The translations under genes were made by a program, and so were the position numbers. From the human T2T-CHM13v2.0 reference genome, Homo sapiens: 64,000 nt of DNA. Shown in pieces: positions 29,856-57,438 of the stretch (the stretch's first letter is position 1; each line of letters starts with the position of its first letter). The notes below the pieces were generated by a model that worked only from the letters and a program-made list of their open reading frames with translations, had not been told where the DNA came from and did not search any database. The stretch lies in the NCBI RefSeq assembly GCF_009914755.1, contig NC_060925.1. One strand, 5' to 3'.

Positions 29856-31094
29856 TATTAACCTGACCACAGCACCAAAGTGTTCATCTTTAACCCTGAT
29901 GGGCTTGAGCACAGACTGCAAAGTCCTGGGCTCATCCTGACTTCCAGAATTACCTCAGGAAAAATAGATGGCTGGATTAGGACAGGACCACAGTGATCAG
30001 GAGGACTTAGCATGTTTTTAATCCCCTCCATTAAGAAGAATTTTGGCATTCTATTCTACTGTGAAACTACATTTGCTTTCTAAGAGACTGGGTCATGACA
30101 GCTCAAGAATGACCCGACATTTCTCTTCATCCAAAATAAGCAGGCATATTGCTCAATGGGTACCCTATGACCACCTGAATAAAACCAATATCTTTTCATA
30201 ACCTCATCCTGAAACATTCTCCAAGCCTGCTGGTGGGTCCAAAGCTGGTCTGTCTTATCCATGGACCCATTCTCTGGAATTCAAGAGGTGCTGCAAAAAT
30301 GCTGCCTCAAATAGCTCTGCCTGTGGCCCTATATCCCCTATTTGAGATTAGTTCACTTAGGTGCAAACATTAGAGGCTGATATTAGAGTGTGTTACCTTG
30401 TAGAGATGATGTTCTTTAACTCAGAGCAATCATCAGATTTAAAAGGTCTCCAAGAAGGTCATTATTTCAAACTTGAGAATCTCTCATGAGAAGCTCTACT
30501 GTTCTTTCTATCTACTGCCAGCATCTTTTAAGTATTAACTCACTTACTTCTCATTACAGTGTGGGAGGTATTATGAGGAAACTGAGGCACAGAGAATTTA
30601 AGTAACATGTGGATGTTAGTGAGTGAGTGGCTGCAGTTTGGAGCTTGAGCACCAAGTTCCAGTGTGTGCTCATCACCAGGCTTCCTTCTGGAAGGGAGAG
30701 ACAGAGTCGGAGTCTGGAAAACAGCAAGGGAGGGTCTGGATCAGGGGACTGTGAGCAGGCCAGGTGTTGTGAGAGCTGACCGAGGACATGGCCTAGAGGC
30801 TGATTATGGAGATTGTGAAAATTGCTATGGAAAAGAAATTTCCAGAACCCAGATTTTGGCTACTTTTGAAAGCATTTTTGAGGTAATACTGTCCTCTAGT
30901 GGCTAGATAGCAGGTAGGGATTACCCTCCAAATAAATAGCCAATGAGCCTTGAGTGGAGATGGTATGACAAGTCAGTGGTAAATTCATCATTTTGCTCTC
31001 TAACTACAGGTTCTAAAGGAAAGGCAAACCCCACTGCTATGGTCATCGGTACAGCTCAGGATTTCGGCCTCCTCTGCTCCGTGTGTTGGCTACA

Positions 31095-31275
31095 GGCTAG
31101 GTTCAAATCCCAATTCTGCTCTTTACTGCTGAAAGGCTTTGGGCATGTTCGTTAATCTCATTTTCTCTTCTGAAAAAGAGACAATCTTGAAAAGATTGAC
31201 CTTCCGTGAAGATCAAATGAAGTAATGCGTGTAGTGTGTCTGGCACGTCGTAAGCGCATCACACACGTGAGCTGT
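31095..31275 (+). mobile_element. MIR
   Basis: GGTTCAAATCCCAATTCTGCTCTTTACT..TTTGGGCA..TCTCATTTTCTCTTCTGAAAAA..GTGAAGATCAAATGA core. Confidence 0.7.
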
Positions 31276-31694
31276 GGCAATACTAAGGAGCAGTGGCAAG
31301 AGCTGGGGGAGGAGTGGAGACGAACAGACCTGGACAAATTAGTGACCTTTCTGGGACCCCTACAGAACTCTTCTGGAGAAATTAATTCTATTTTTCCATG
31401 TACTTTTAAGTTTGCTTTTCCTAGCATTTCTTCTACATTCCTGAATAATTTTCCACTCAAAAATTTCACTGGTTCTCCCTGACTCCCATATTAATCTAGA
31501 CATAATTACTTCCCCAGAACAGTTCTGTGGGCAGGGAGGGCTCTACACTATGCACCCTCCAAAATCCCCAAAGCTCGGACCGTCCTGGCCTGGGTCCCCA
31601 CTGCTGTCCTGCCCATGGGCTCCCAGGCTGTGCTTGCTCTTCTCCCACCCCAACCCCATCACCACAAAAAGCCCCTCCTCCAACCCGGGGACTT

Positions 31695-31814
31695 TTGTAA
31701 TTTCCTACCTGAAATCATCCACTCCCTACCTCTAACAATCTGTGATGAGCAGAGGACAACATCAAGTTTGAATTTAGAGGTAGGGAATGGGTGATTTCAG
31801 GTAGGAAATTACAA
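31695..31814. repeat. 41-bp inverted repeat (arms 31695-31735 and 31774-31814, 38-nt spacer)
   Basis: 39/41 identity between the left arm and the reverse complement of the right arm. Confidence 0.95.
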
Positions 31815-31859
31815 CTTCACTTTGAAGTTTAATTTTGTAATAAACTTCACTTAATTTTG

Positions 31860-31965
31860 AAGTAAATTTGCAAAGTCAGCAAAATTCTTTCAAAGTCAAC
31901 CTTGCTCTGGCCTAGTTGCTTATTTACTGCTAAGCTGGATGTTTTCATTAAAAGATTAACTTTGA
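31860..31965 (+). promoter_or_regulatory. Putative HAO2 proximal promoter: two CAAAGTCA HNF4A-like cores, FOXA-like TATTTAC, HNF1-like half site
   Basis: CAAAGTCA at 31871-31878 and 31891-31898; TATTTAC at 31921-31927; GATTAAC at 31954-31960. Confidence 0.5.
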
Positions 31966-32101
31966 GACTTCAGCCTCTTCTTTAGCCTGAACTGTGGGTA
32001 GTGATGTGGTGTGTTTCCTAACACCTCCGGCAGTGAGCCAGGCTTTGAGTGGCTGCGTCTAAACACTTCTTTCCCTGAGGACTGGAAGACATTAGAATAA
32101 G
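31960..32101 (+). other. HAO2: Probable non-coding HAO2 exon 1 (5' UTR); TSS approximate
   Basis: Unique sequence ending in donor AATAAG|gtttgt, preceded by liver/kidney TF-like motifs. The resulting ~25 kb gene span fits my memory of HAO2. The start coordinate is inferred. Confidence 0.65.
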
Positions 32102-35100
32102 GTTTGTCATTGAGTGTGTTCTGTGTGCTTGGAACTGAGAAGGGTGATGAAGTGCCAGATAGGATGGGAATGGAAGATATCGTGGAAGCCAACTATGAGT
32201 TTGCAAGGCAAGGACCTTGGCAAAGATGGTCCTAGGGAGACAGGTGTTAGGGAACTCAGAGGGCATGGGCAAAGGAAGATTTGGTTTCAAAAAGGATACA
32301 GACAGAGAAGGTTAAGTCTAGGAAGTTGAGTCTTAGAATTGTATGGTGGAATATTCGTGGGTGTCCATAGGAGGAAAAATGGGTTAAAATGTTTTCACTT
32401 GACAGCGTTCTGAAAACCTAAAAGGTATTGCTATTGCCTTCAGGGATATATTTAGTATTCTGACCACTGCTTCCCGGCCACAAGCAAAAGAAAACAGTGA
32501 CATGGCTATGCTCCTAAAAAAGTAAAGAAGTTAATGTGTCTCAAACAATGTAGTTCCTTTGAGCAATAAGCTTATTTGGAACAAATGGGTTACAAAGTCC
32601 CACTAATGAAGAGCCTCTGATTGTGTTAAGTTGAATCTACAGATCAACCTGCGGAGAACTGCCAAGAACGCTAATGAAGACAGGGAGGTACTGGTATAAA
32701 GATAGATAACAGATCAATGGAACAGAATAAAGCGTCCATTAGCAGGAAGCAAAATCCGCAAACTTTTATTCTTAACTACTACTATATTCTGCATTTTACA
32801 AGATCCTTCAATTCTCACAAGATCCCTATGAGATAGACAGTAATAACCTAATTTAAAGATAGATGAGAATTGGAGCTTGTCTAGAATAGATTGAGTGGAA
32901 CATCACTTGTGGTATATCATTTGAGAGGTAATGGGAATATTGCCAAATTCCCAGGTAACTCTCCCCTCAAAGGGACTCCTGTTGTACTCTAAATCGTATC
33001 AGCTATCAAATGATGAGCTATGAAAGTCTGTCTTCTTCGACTGTAAGCTTCTTGAGAGCAGAAACTGATGTGATAAAGGTCCCCCCCCATATCTCTAGTG
33101 TTTAGCATAATACTTTGATATATTATGTTAAATCAGGCTATGTTATAGTAAAGAATAAACCTTAACAACTTAGTGAGATAACACATAAATATTTATTTCT
33201 TCCTTACACAATATCAGCTGATCTCCAGGGCTACCCTTTTCCAAATGGCGTTTTGGGAATCCAAGTGGCCTTTCTCTTACAGCTTTGCCTTCTTGAGGAT
33301 GGAGGATCGCTGTAGAGGAGGAAACAAAGCTGGAGGGTCACATACCAGCTCTTCAATCCTTGGCCTAGAATTCACACCTGCTATTCCCACTCCCAGGCCA
33401 TTGGCCAGAAGAACTAGTCACAGAGCCATGCCTGTATTTAAGCAACAGCGAAATGTTAAGCATGTGGGGAGCAGTATATGCCTCCGCCACCCTGGCTGAG
33501 AGTGTGTGTCAATAAACCTTCTTGGATAAACTAATGAGTAAATCTGACAGAGGGTTTAAATTATACTATGACAGAAATACTCAAATCCTGAAGCAGCTTT
33601 CCACTTCCAGAGCCTCAGATGAAATCACACATGTCATCAACAGGAGGAATAATGAACATGGAGCTGCCTTTATTAACAATCTAGTCTATACAAGGCACTG
33701 TTCTAGAAATTTCAAAGGGGCCATACTGCTTAGTCCTCATGGCAGCCCTATGGGATGGATGTTAATATTCTCCTTTAACAAATAAATTTTGCACAGAACC
33801 GTGGTGAGCCAGTAGTAGAGCTGAGATTTCAGCCTATGTTTGCCAAGTGCCAAAGCTTATAATATAGTCTGTCTTCTCTACTCCACTGACTCCCTCAGTC
33901 ATTAGTTCCTTGGGCACAGTTGATCGGTGGAAAGCAATGGCCTTCAGAAACACAGTCTGGGTAGTTGCCGTAGACAGAGAAGCCAGGAGGAAGGCAAAGA
34001 GAGAAAAAACTGCACTCCATAGCTGGGCTCTTCCATCCCCAACTGCTCTGCCTTTTCTCCTCTCTCTCCTGCTACAACCCAGTGATTGCCACTGTGAGAT
34101 ATAGGTACACCTGCAAGACCTGAAGTCACTAGTGGACAGAGTAGACGTCAGAGCCTGTTTTGGAGCTTTGTGTGAATTCTGATGTCTGTTTTGCACATTC
34201 TATCCTTGTTGAGCAGATGAAGAGGCAGGTGCAGTGATCTCACAGTGTCACATAGAACTGCTTTCCCAATGGCCTGGATTTTGTGGGAATTGACCAAGCT
34301 CATTTTATGCAACTCTCTGACCATTCAGAACAGAGACTTAAATGTCTCCCCCATACCACTAACACTCCATACTGGCTCAAAGACATTGGAAACAAGTCAG
34401 AAGGATTCCAGGTCAGGCTTTGCCATTTCTGTTGCATTAGCTTGGATACTCACGTGAATTATCCGAGCTTTAATGTTTTTATCTATAACATGGGGCTCAT
34501 ACATACACTCTCTGATTGCCCACTGGATTGTTGTAAGCACCAAATGGAATAACGTATAGAAGAGTGCTCTGTAGACTGTTAAGACAGATTTAAACATAAG
34601 AAGTTATTTTTTAGTGATTGGCTGAATAATTAAGATTTTTTTTAACTTTCTGATTGAGTTATGATTTTTTGAGGGAAGAAAGCAAAGTTGCATATGTCCA
34701 TGACATTTTAATCCTCTAAGGTCCGTGCCAACTCTGTCATTCCATAAACCACACTTGGCTGTGCCCATTTTCTTCTTTCTATAGTGCTTAAGAGCCAGGC
34801 CACTGGAATCGTGACACATTACTAGATATGTAATATTGAACAAAGTATTTTAACCTCTTGAACTTCAGGTTTCTCACCCGTGAAATGGGGAGGTTAATAT
34901 TTGTGTTGAACATTTCCACAAGGATTAAAACAGTCATGCATGTAAAGCAATTTACACAGTGCATGGTACATCATGGAGTACTTGAAAAATGGTTGCAATA
35001 TTATTGTCGTTATTATTATTCATATTAAGGAACCATCATGCTGCCTCCAGGGCTCTTTGCATAATCAAATTATTCCACTGTTTGAAAGAATAAGAAAGTC

Positions 35101-38100
35101 CTTATCTTTCAAAACACTATATAAACATTTGGATCAATGTCTCCCAGTATGCCCTAAACTATGTTCAACGCTCTATGGACAGCACACAGTTTACAATATG
35201 GCTGGGTTCCAAAACTCTGCTTGGAGGGCATTTGTTTGAAACTCAGAACAGATTTTCCCACAAAAGAATGCTATTAAAATAGCGGTTGGATTCCCAGGTG
35301 ACTGAAAATACCCACTTGATACACAAAATAGCAGAAGATCTGGCATATTTGCAATGCAAATTACTGTAAAGCAATGTTATTGTATTGCTGGTCATTAACC
35401 AAAACTGAAAACTAAGAAAACTGTGTAATAAATCATTTTTAAAAATTTCTTGTATATGCAACTGATGAAGAAAAGTAGGCTTAATTAGAGGAAGAGATAA
35501 TTCAGTGGAAATGTAAGTAAGAAATGTTAAGATGCCTTTGAGGGTATTTTCAAAGGTTTTTGAAGTTCTTTGCTAGGTCTAATGCGACTTCAAAATTGTT
35601 TCACTTTGTTCTTCTTGACATAAGGGACTACATAGCACAATTATTTTTGGTTTGCAAATGAAAAAGGAAATGAGATGGGAGAGATTAGGAAAAGAGAAGA
35701 AGGTGTGAGAAAGATTTCCCTGAGAAAGGCACTCAATAGTTTGGAGAAATCGAGAAAGGAGGAAGAGGCACATCTGTGTAGTAAAACGGATTTCAATTAC
35801 CTGGTCTGAGAACAGGAAAAACAGCTGGTGTGACAGGCCGTACCTCTTGTAAAAGGGAATAGTGACAAGACTGGTCAAGTAGTTATCCACTGAAACCATA
35901 AGGTGGTGCCACGGGACCAGAAAAGTTCTTGAAAAGAAAGACCTCCAGGCTGGGGAGGAGGAGCAAAGGCAGGCTTGAGCACCCAGCTGTTTGTTGTTGG
36001 CAAATATGTCTAAATATTGTGCTGGTTCCCTGTTCTATACTTTATTGCCATGAAGTAAATGCTGAACTAGAATGTTCATATGACCTCATCTAAACAGCTC
36101 CCTGTGTTTATGGGCAAAGAAAGCACAGAATATGAGTACTTGAAGGACCTCAGCTCAGCTTTTAATTTCAGGTGGCTTCAAATCTATCATGGATTAAGCT
36201 GAAATACACAAAAATGTATATTTTCTCAAATGAGGAAACTGAGACTTGGAGCGAAGACATGTAGCCTGCCACTGTTCAAATAAGTGTTAGTAGCTATCTC
36301 TCTTGAAGCAGCCTGCCTCTCAGGCTGCCACACACACCACTCCACTGACTGGATGAAGCAAAAGTTTATTCCGTATTCCAACTTCAAGTGGAGCTCCTTT
36401 TACTGGCATGGCTAAGCAGGGTCAGAAGGAGTAGAGGTGAAGGTGGAATGATAAAATCTAGTGTAGATGAGTTGAGTCTCTAGAAATCTTGGGTCTGTGC
36501 TGAGAAGCTAATTCTCATGTAAGGAGAAGCTAATTCTAAGTTATATTGCCAGGCTATCCAGAAGCAATTTCAAGAGTCATATCGTATTTCAGAAAGAACC
36601 CTAAATGCAGAGACAGAAGACCTGAGTTCATTTATTAGCTGTGCTGCCAAACTTGTGCACATCTCTCTGTCTCTCTAGGGTCCTTCTTGGCTCCATCAAG
36701 CAAGTTATTCTCATAGTCTTCCAATCCTCAATAGGCAGGATGTGTGGGAGGCAGGACAATGGTAGGTAATTGCCTAATTAGGTCACAATAACTTCAGAGT
36801 GAGCATGTCCTTAACATAAACATGCCCCACCACGGCAAATCTCAAAAACTCTTTCAATCCGTGACACACAAAGCTCCTAGAGTAAAGCAAAGATATGAGT
36901 CACTCCCTATCATGACTAAAGAAGCCACTCTGAAGAACTCAAGCATCATACTCCTCATGGTAGAACATGCTTACAGGTTGAGAAGGGAATTTTCATTAGT
37001 AGAAACAAAAAAAGGCTAATGAGAGTGGTTGAGGAGTGGCAGCCTAAAAAGGAGAGATTATTATATAAATCAGAATAAAACAAACAAAAAAAGGGCCATT
37101 ATGGTTCAGAAGGCTCCTGCATCCTTGATTCACAATGTGTGAGAGCTCAGGGAAGAAGCCAGAGCTGATTCTGGGCTGACAGGCACCAGGAATTAATCCT
37201 TGCCAGATCTGAACTGGACTGGCTTCTTTTCCCCTCACTCCCATACAAATGCCATCCTTGATTCCTCAGATCACTGCAATGTTAGAAACACTCAGTTCCC
37301 TTTTTACTCTGAGGGCTGACCTGCTGTTCCTGGGCATCCAAATTCTTCCCCCTGCCCTCTCTTCCCCATGCTGGGGGCTCATCTGCCTCAGTCACAGGAG
37401 CATTTTCCAGTGCCATTGATTCATGTCTTCCCTGAACCCAACACTGCCATCTGCACATGGCTCTCCTAGTCTCCATCAGCTCTGGGACCCTTCTCCTCTC
37501 CCATCACCTCTTTCATTCTCAGGGTCTCCTCTAGCTTCAGCCTCTCCCCTGACAGTGCTGTTGTTGACAATGCCATGGTGATGGCTATACCCTTTGTATC
37601 CACTATCCTTGAGGGGAAGACTGATTACAGCATTTTCAGCCAACTTTGAACAGTCTAATCTCTCAAACTAGGCCCGTAAAATGTAGCCTTGATATTATCT
37701 GACATTCCATTGGGAAACTTGGCATAAGTTCCTAAAGAACTAGGCCAGAGGTTCTGGAAGGACACCATCCTATAGCACCAAGCAAGTGTACCTTAAAGTG
37801 AGTCATCAGAGGCTGACTTTTCTCCCCCGTTGTATCTCCACAGCCTACCCTGCAATTTTCACGCTGAGATTTCCCACAGACTGTGTAGGGGGTTTCCATA
37901 CAAATATAAGCTGTGATAACCCTGAGTTCCTAAAGCAACACCAACATGAATCATATGAATCATACAAAATCTTCAAAGGAAGACAACTTTTTATCTGTCT
38001 GGTGTTAAATCAGATTGCAATATTAAAGAAAACCACGTCTTCCTTGAAAAGCCTGCCAGCTTCTCTACTTCCTTCCTCCTTCCCTCAGTCAGGAGAGTTT

Positions 38101-38811
38101 GAACTTCAGATTGTTAGCAACAGGTACTCCTGAATGTCCTTGCCCTCATATTTCCTCCTCTTTGTCACTGGTCTGCTAATTTTACCTCACTGTTTTATCA
38201 GACAAAAAGCCTAAAGAGGTTCAAGGAGCTAAAATGAGCTAAAATTTCTAGAACAATAGCTGGCAATTGGTCAATTTGCTATTTTATTCTTTTCTCCTCT
38301 GTCTCTTCTTCTTGGGCAGTAGGAATAAAAAAGGAAAAAAGAAAAAACATTGAAATGGAGACAAAATAAAATGGGAATACAAGAAGACAAAATAAAGTGG
38401 GAATACAAGAAAACCATTAGATTACTTGAATCTTCCCTTTAATTTCTGGTGGCTTCAAGGCTGGTAGGGATCAAATTGAAAGAAAGTATATACAAATATA
38501 TTGTGCTAAGTTCTTCACTTCCAAATTTAGGAAAAGCTTTGAACAAGGAAGGTATCCTTTTCTTTAATTATAAACCTTATATTAAACCTCTAACCAAAAT
38601 AATAGACTACTAAGATTTACATATATTATATTAAAAATATATAATTGTATTTTTCAACCTACAAAATTATCTCGAGTTCAATATGGCAAGTCATTTATGA
38701 GAACCAACTATTGTGTTCTTTACCTGAAATTGAAAATGAGAATGTCTATCTTTAGAAGCTACCAGGACACATGAGTTCAGAACCATCTCTCATAATAACT
38801 TACTACCTGAT

Positions 38812-41624
<2,813 letters not shown>

Positions 41625-42145
41625 CTGATCTTTCACAAGTTATTTTATTTCTGAGGCCTCAGTCTCTTTAAATGCAAAGTAGGAAGACTAATACCTTCTC
41701 TGTCTTCTTCACAGGGACACTGAGAAAAAGCTGTAGATAGAAAAGAGTCTAAGGAAAAATTAGAAGAGGTATCGAAATGAGATAAAATAGTGTTTGTTAT
41801 ATATAAGATGCTAGGGTTGATTCTTTATGTCCAAGCAGCTTTCAAATCACATAACTGACACTATTCTAGACACATGACTCTGAGTGAGCATGAGCCATTT
41901 CTTCTGGATTAGACATAATGTTTGTGGCATTTATATGCTAGAATTGTGTAGAACAGCCTTTCTATGAGTGTGTAATGTATAGGATATGTGTATTTATTGA
42001 GATATCAGGAGTTGAAACCTGGTGGAGAATTCTCATCCAATAATGAAGATAAATGACAGGCAGGGGAATGTTAAATTCAAGTAATGAACATTTGTAAGCA
42101 GCAACTCAGTGCCATGTACTATCCTAATGCCTGGGAATACAAAGT

Positions 42146-42650
42146 GTGTTGGGGGTCCCAGGTTTGGTTCTTCATTAGGAGGAACAAATAGTCGAGGCTA
42201 TGCTTTATTACTGAAAGGATGCAAAGCAAACTTAGCAAAGGGAAAAATGGCTCTGGCAGCAAAATCTGGAGGAAACCAGGGGTAAGCTTCCATGAGTCCT
42301 CTGCCAGTGGACTCATGCGGGATGCAGTTAATTCCCCCAGCAACAAGATGTGATGACACATGTAAAATGTTACCTACCTGAGCAGGTCAGTAGAGATTCA
42401 ATGCCCAGAGTTTCATGTTGGAGGCTGGTCATATGGTCACCCTCTGCCTAGCCCATACCAAAATTCTAGAGTCCCAGAGGAGAAGCAAATGTTCATCATA
42501 AACCACATTGTTTATACAAACAGTTTATACACAGGGAGGCACTCTTATCAGGGAACACTGGGAACCCTGTTGAAATCCAAGTTCCCAGACACCAACCAAG
42601 GTCCAATATTGCAAGCAGATCTCTGGAAGAATAAAATTCCCAGGCATCAT
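42146..42650 (-). mobile_element. MER21-like LTR
   Basis: TGTTGGGGGTCCC..GGAGGAAACCAGG..AGCTTCCATGAGTCCTCTGCCAGTGGA..AAATCCAAGTTCCCAGACACCAACCAAGG. Confidence 0.7.
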
Positions 42651-43702
42651 ATATTAGTTCTTTTATGCTTTTATGCACACAGAGTTGTAAATAAGCAACT
42701 GTGATATAATTGGTACTTGCAATGATTAATTCATTTGACTAAGGTTTATTAACCCTTTGAAGGGTGGAGTAAGAATGAGCTAAATTAGATATGGTTGTAG
42801 TAATTTGTCAGACTCAACTCCATACCTCAATGTTCTCTCCTCACTCACTGGCAGACTACTTTTTCTATAAAAGGTGCTATGGCTGGGCTCCAAATTACTC
42901 CTCGTAGCCTCCATCTAGAGCCCAATGCACTTCCTGGGGGCTCTGTTTCCTGTCTGTCATATAATTTCTTCCTGCTTGGCCCTTAAGTACGTGCTAAGGC
43001 TACTTCTCTGTTTGACTTCAACAGAATCTGGCTTGACAGATCCTGGCTTGACTTGAGGTATCCTCAAGCAAGTTCTGCCCCATCCCTGCTCCAGCCAAGA
43101 TTCCCAGCACCTCACATCTCATCTGGCCTCTGTGTCCCCTTTGTCCATTAGAGGAACTAACCCATTCCTGGTTGAAGCCCTAGTTACTGCGGCCTATCTT
43201 CTTCCTTTAGATAATGACTTAAAAGCCATTCAGTTTCCACCCAAAACCTTTGGTTAATTTTCACATGGCTGCCAACTGCCTGGGAGTTGGCTGGAGCTTA
43301 GAAACTTCAGGTTTCTCTGTTTTTCCTTCTGGAATCCTCTCATGCAGGAGCTCTACATGCTGTAACTGAAAGCAACTAGTGTCTTCAGCGTCTCTGCTGC
43401 TGTTTCTACTGCCCTGTTTCTACTGGAGAGATTTATTCATTACCCCCAAGCCCTGTCCTCTTTCCTCTTTCAGGGTGTTGTATCAAAAGTACCAAGCTCT
43501 GCGTTTATAGGGCTCAAATTGAAGATGGGAATAAATGGAGCCAACATACATTGTTTCTCAGGTACCCAAATTAGCAAAAATAGGAAAAAGGTAGATGGTG
43601 ACCCTTGAGCCTCCTAATAATATTAAGCAACATGTTCAGCGACCCAGCCAAGAATTACAAAGTAAACTTTGTCTTGTCCTTTCCCCACTCTGTAATCCAC
43701 AG

Positions 43703-43922
43703 CTCCAGACAATTCAAACATTGAGATTCCTGGGAACTACCAGATAGTAGCATCAGTTCACCAAGAAATGAAGCTGGTGAGGCAGTGAAAATCCAGGGCC
43801 TAGAAAGCTGGGAATGCCATGACGTGGGCACATTGAAAGACAAGAGGCAGGCATGATCAGCCTTGAACTTTAGGAAGATCCCAGGAAGCTGATGGAAGAC
43901 AAGATGTGGAGTGAATGTGAAG
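43703..43922 (+). CDS. HAO2: Optional upstream HAO2 exon; coding part 43892-43922 gives the N-terminal extension MEDKMWSECEGPE (364-aa isoform)
   Basis: Pyrimidine tract plus cacag acceptor ending at 43702, ATG at 43892, GC donor GAAG|gcaaga. Joining to 44277 (GT CCA GAA ATG) is in frame with the main ATG. This matches my recollection of a longer human HAO2 isoform. Confidence 0.8.
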
Positions 43923-44130
43923 GCAAGATACAAAAATAAGAATTTTTTGTAATAAGCTTTTAAGAAGTGGTGGGGCCTCAACTAGGTCTAAGGTGGTGTG
44001 TGTACAGTGGAGGAGAAGATATAAGAAATACTCAGAAGGCCAAATAATCAGGATTTGGGAATGGGAATGGGAATGGGAGAATGGAAGGGTGGACGATTAC
44101 TCTCTGCCTTCTGGCTTAGGGATCACTGGC
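43790..44130 (-). mobile_element. L2 fragment overlapping the optional HAO2 exon
   Basis: GCATGATCAG..TTTAGGAAGATC..; GGGCCTCAACTAGG; CTTCTGGCTTAGGGATCACTGG. These are L2-like purine-rich motifs. Confidence 0.6.
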
Positions 44131-44284
44131 TTTAGCAATAACTCTGTTAAGATAAGAATACAGGGAGACCAATGTTGAATCCAAACAATTTCATACTGCA
44201 GCTTCCCCTTCATTTCCTTTTCTGCATCTGAAGTGTTCTCACTGGGTTTGGTTTGGTTTTGTTTTCTCCTTGGAAGGTCCAGAA

Positions 44285-57040
<12,756 letters not shown>

Positions 57041-57289
57041 GAAAAAAGGGCCAATAACCAGACTGCTGAGGTTGCCCACAGGAGGATCACAAACTCACAG
57101 CACAGTGTGTGATGCTGTCCTTCCTGGACCCCATTCTGTCCGAGGCTCATGGCCCATATTTCCCACATTTCTAATACCACCACCCCTGTGCTTCAGGCCC
57201 TCCAAACCCCTGTGTTCCCCAAATGTTCCATGCCCTTCTTTGTATCACTGACTATTATATGTTGCTCTCTTGCCTAAATCTTCCTCTGA

Positions 57290-57295
57290 AGTAAA
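57290..57295 (+). terminator. Proximal variant poly(A) signal AGTAAA
   Basis: 250 nt after the stop codon, with upstream TGTA (CFIm motif) at 57241. Confidence 0.55.
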
Positions 57296-57432
57296 AGATC
57301 TCAAAAGGACAGATCATTAATGACTGGAACCACTAGTGGGTGATATTTTTTGCATACTCTATACAACTCTATGAAATGACTATCTAACTTTGCACTCTGG
57401 ACTGAGGAGCTGTATATACAAGGCATTTTTCC

Positions 57433-57438
57433 AATAAA
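57433..57438 (+). terminator. Distal canonical poly(A) signal AATAAA
   Basis: First AATAAA after the HAO2 stop codon. Confidence 0.5.

Noticed and set aside
31736-31773. C/D snoRNA in the hairpin loop (GTGATGA C-box)
   Set aside because: There is no correctly placed CTGA D-box downstream, and the site is not intronic.
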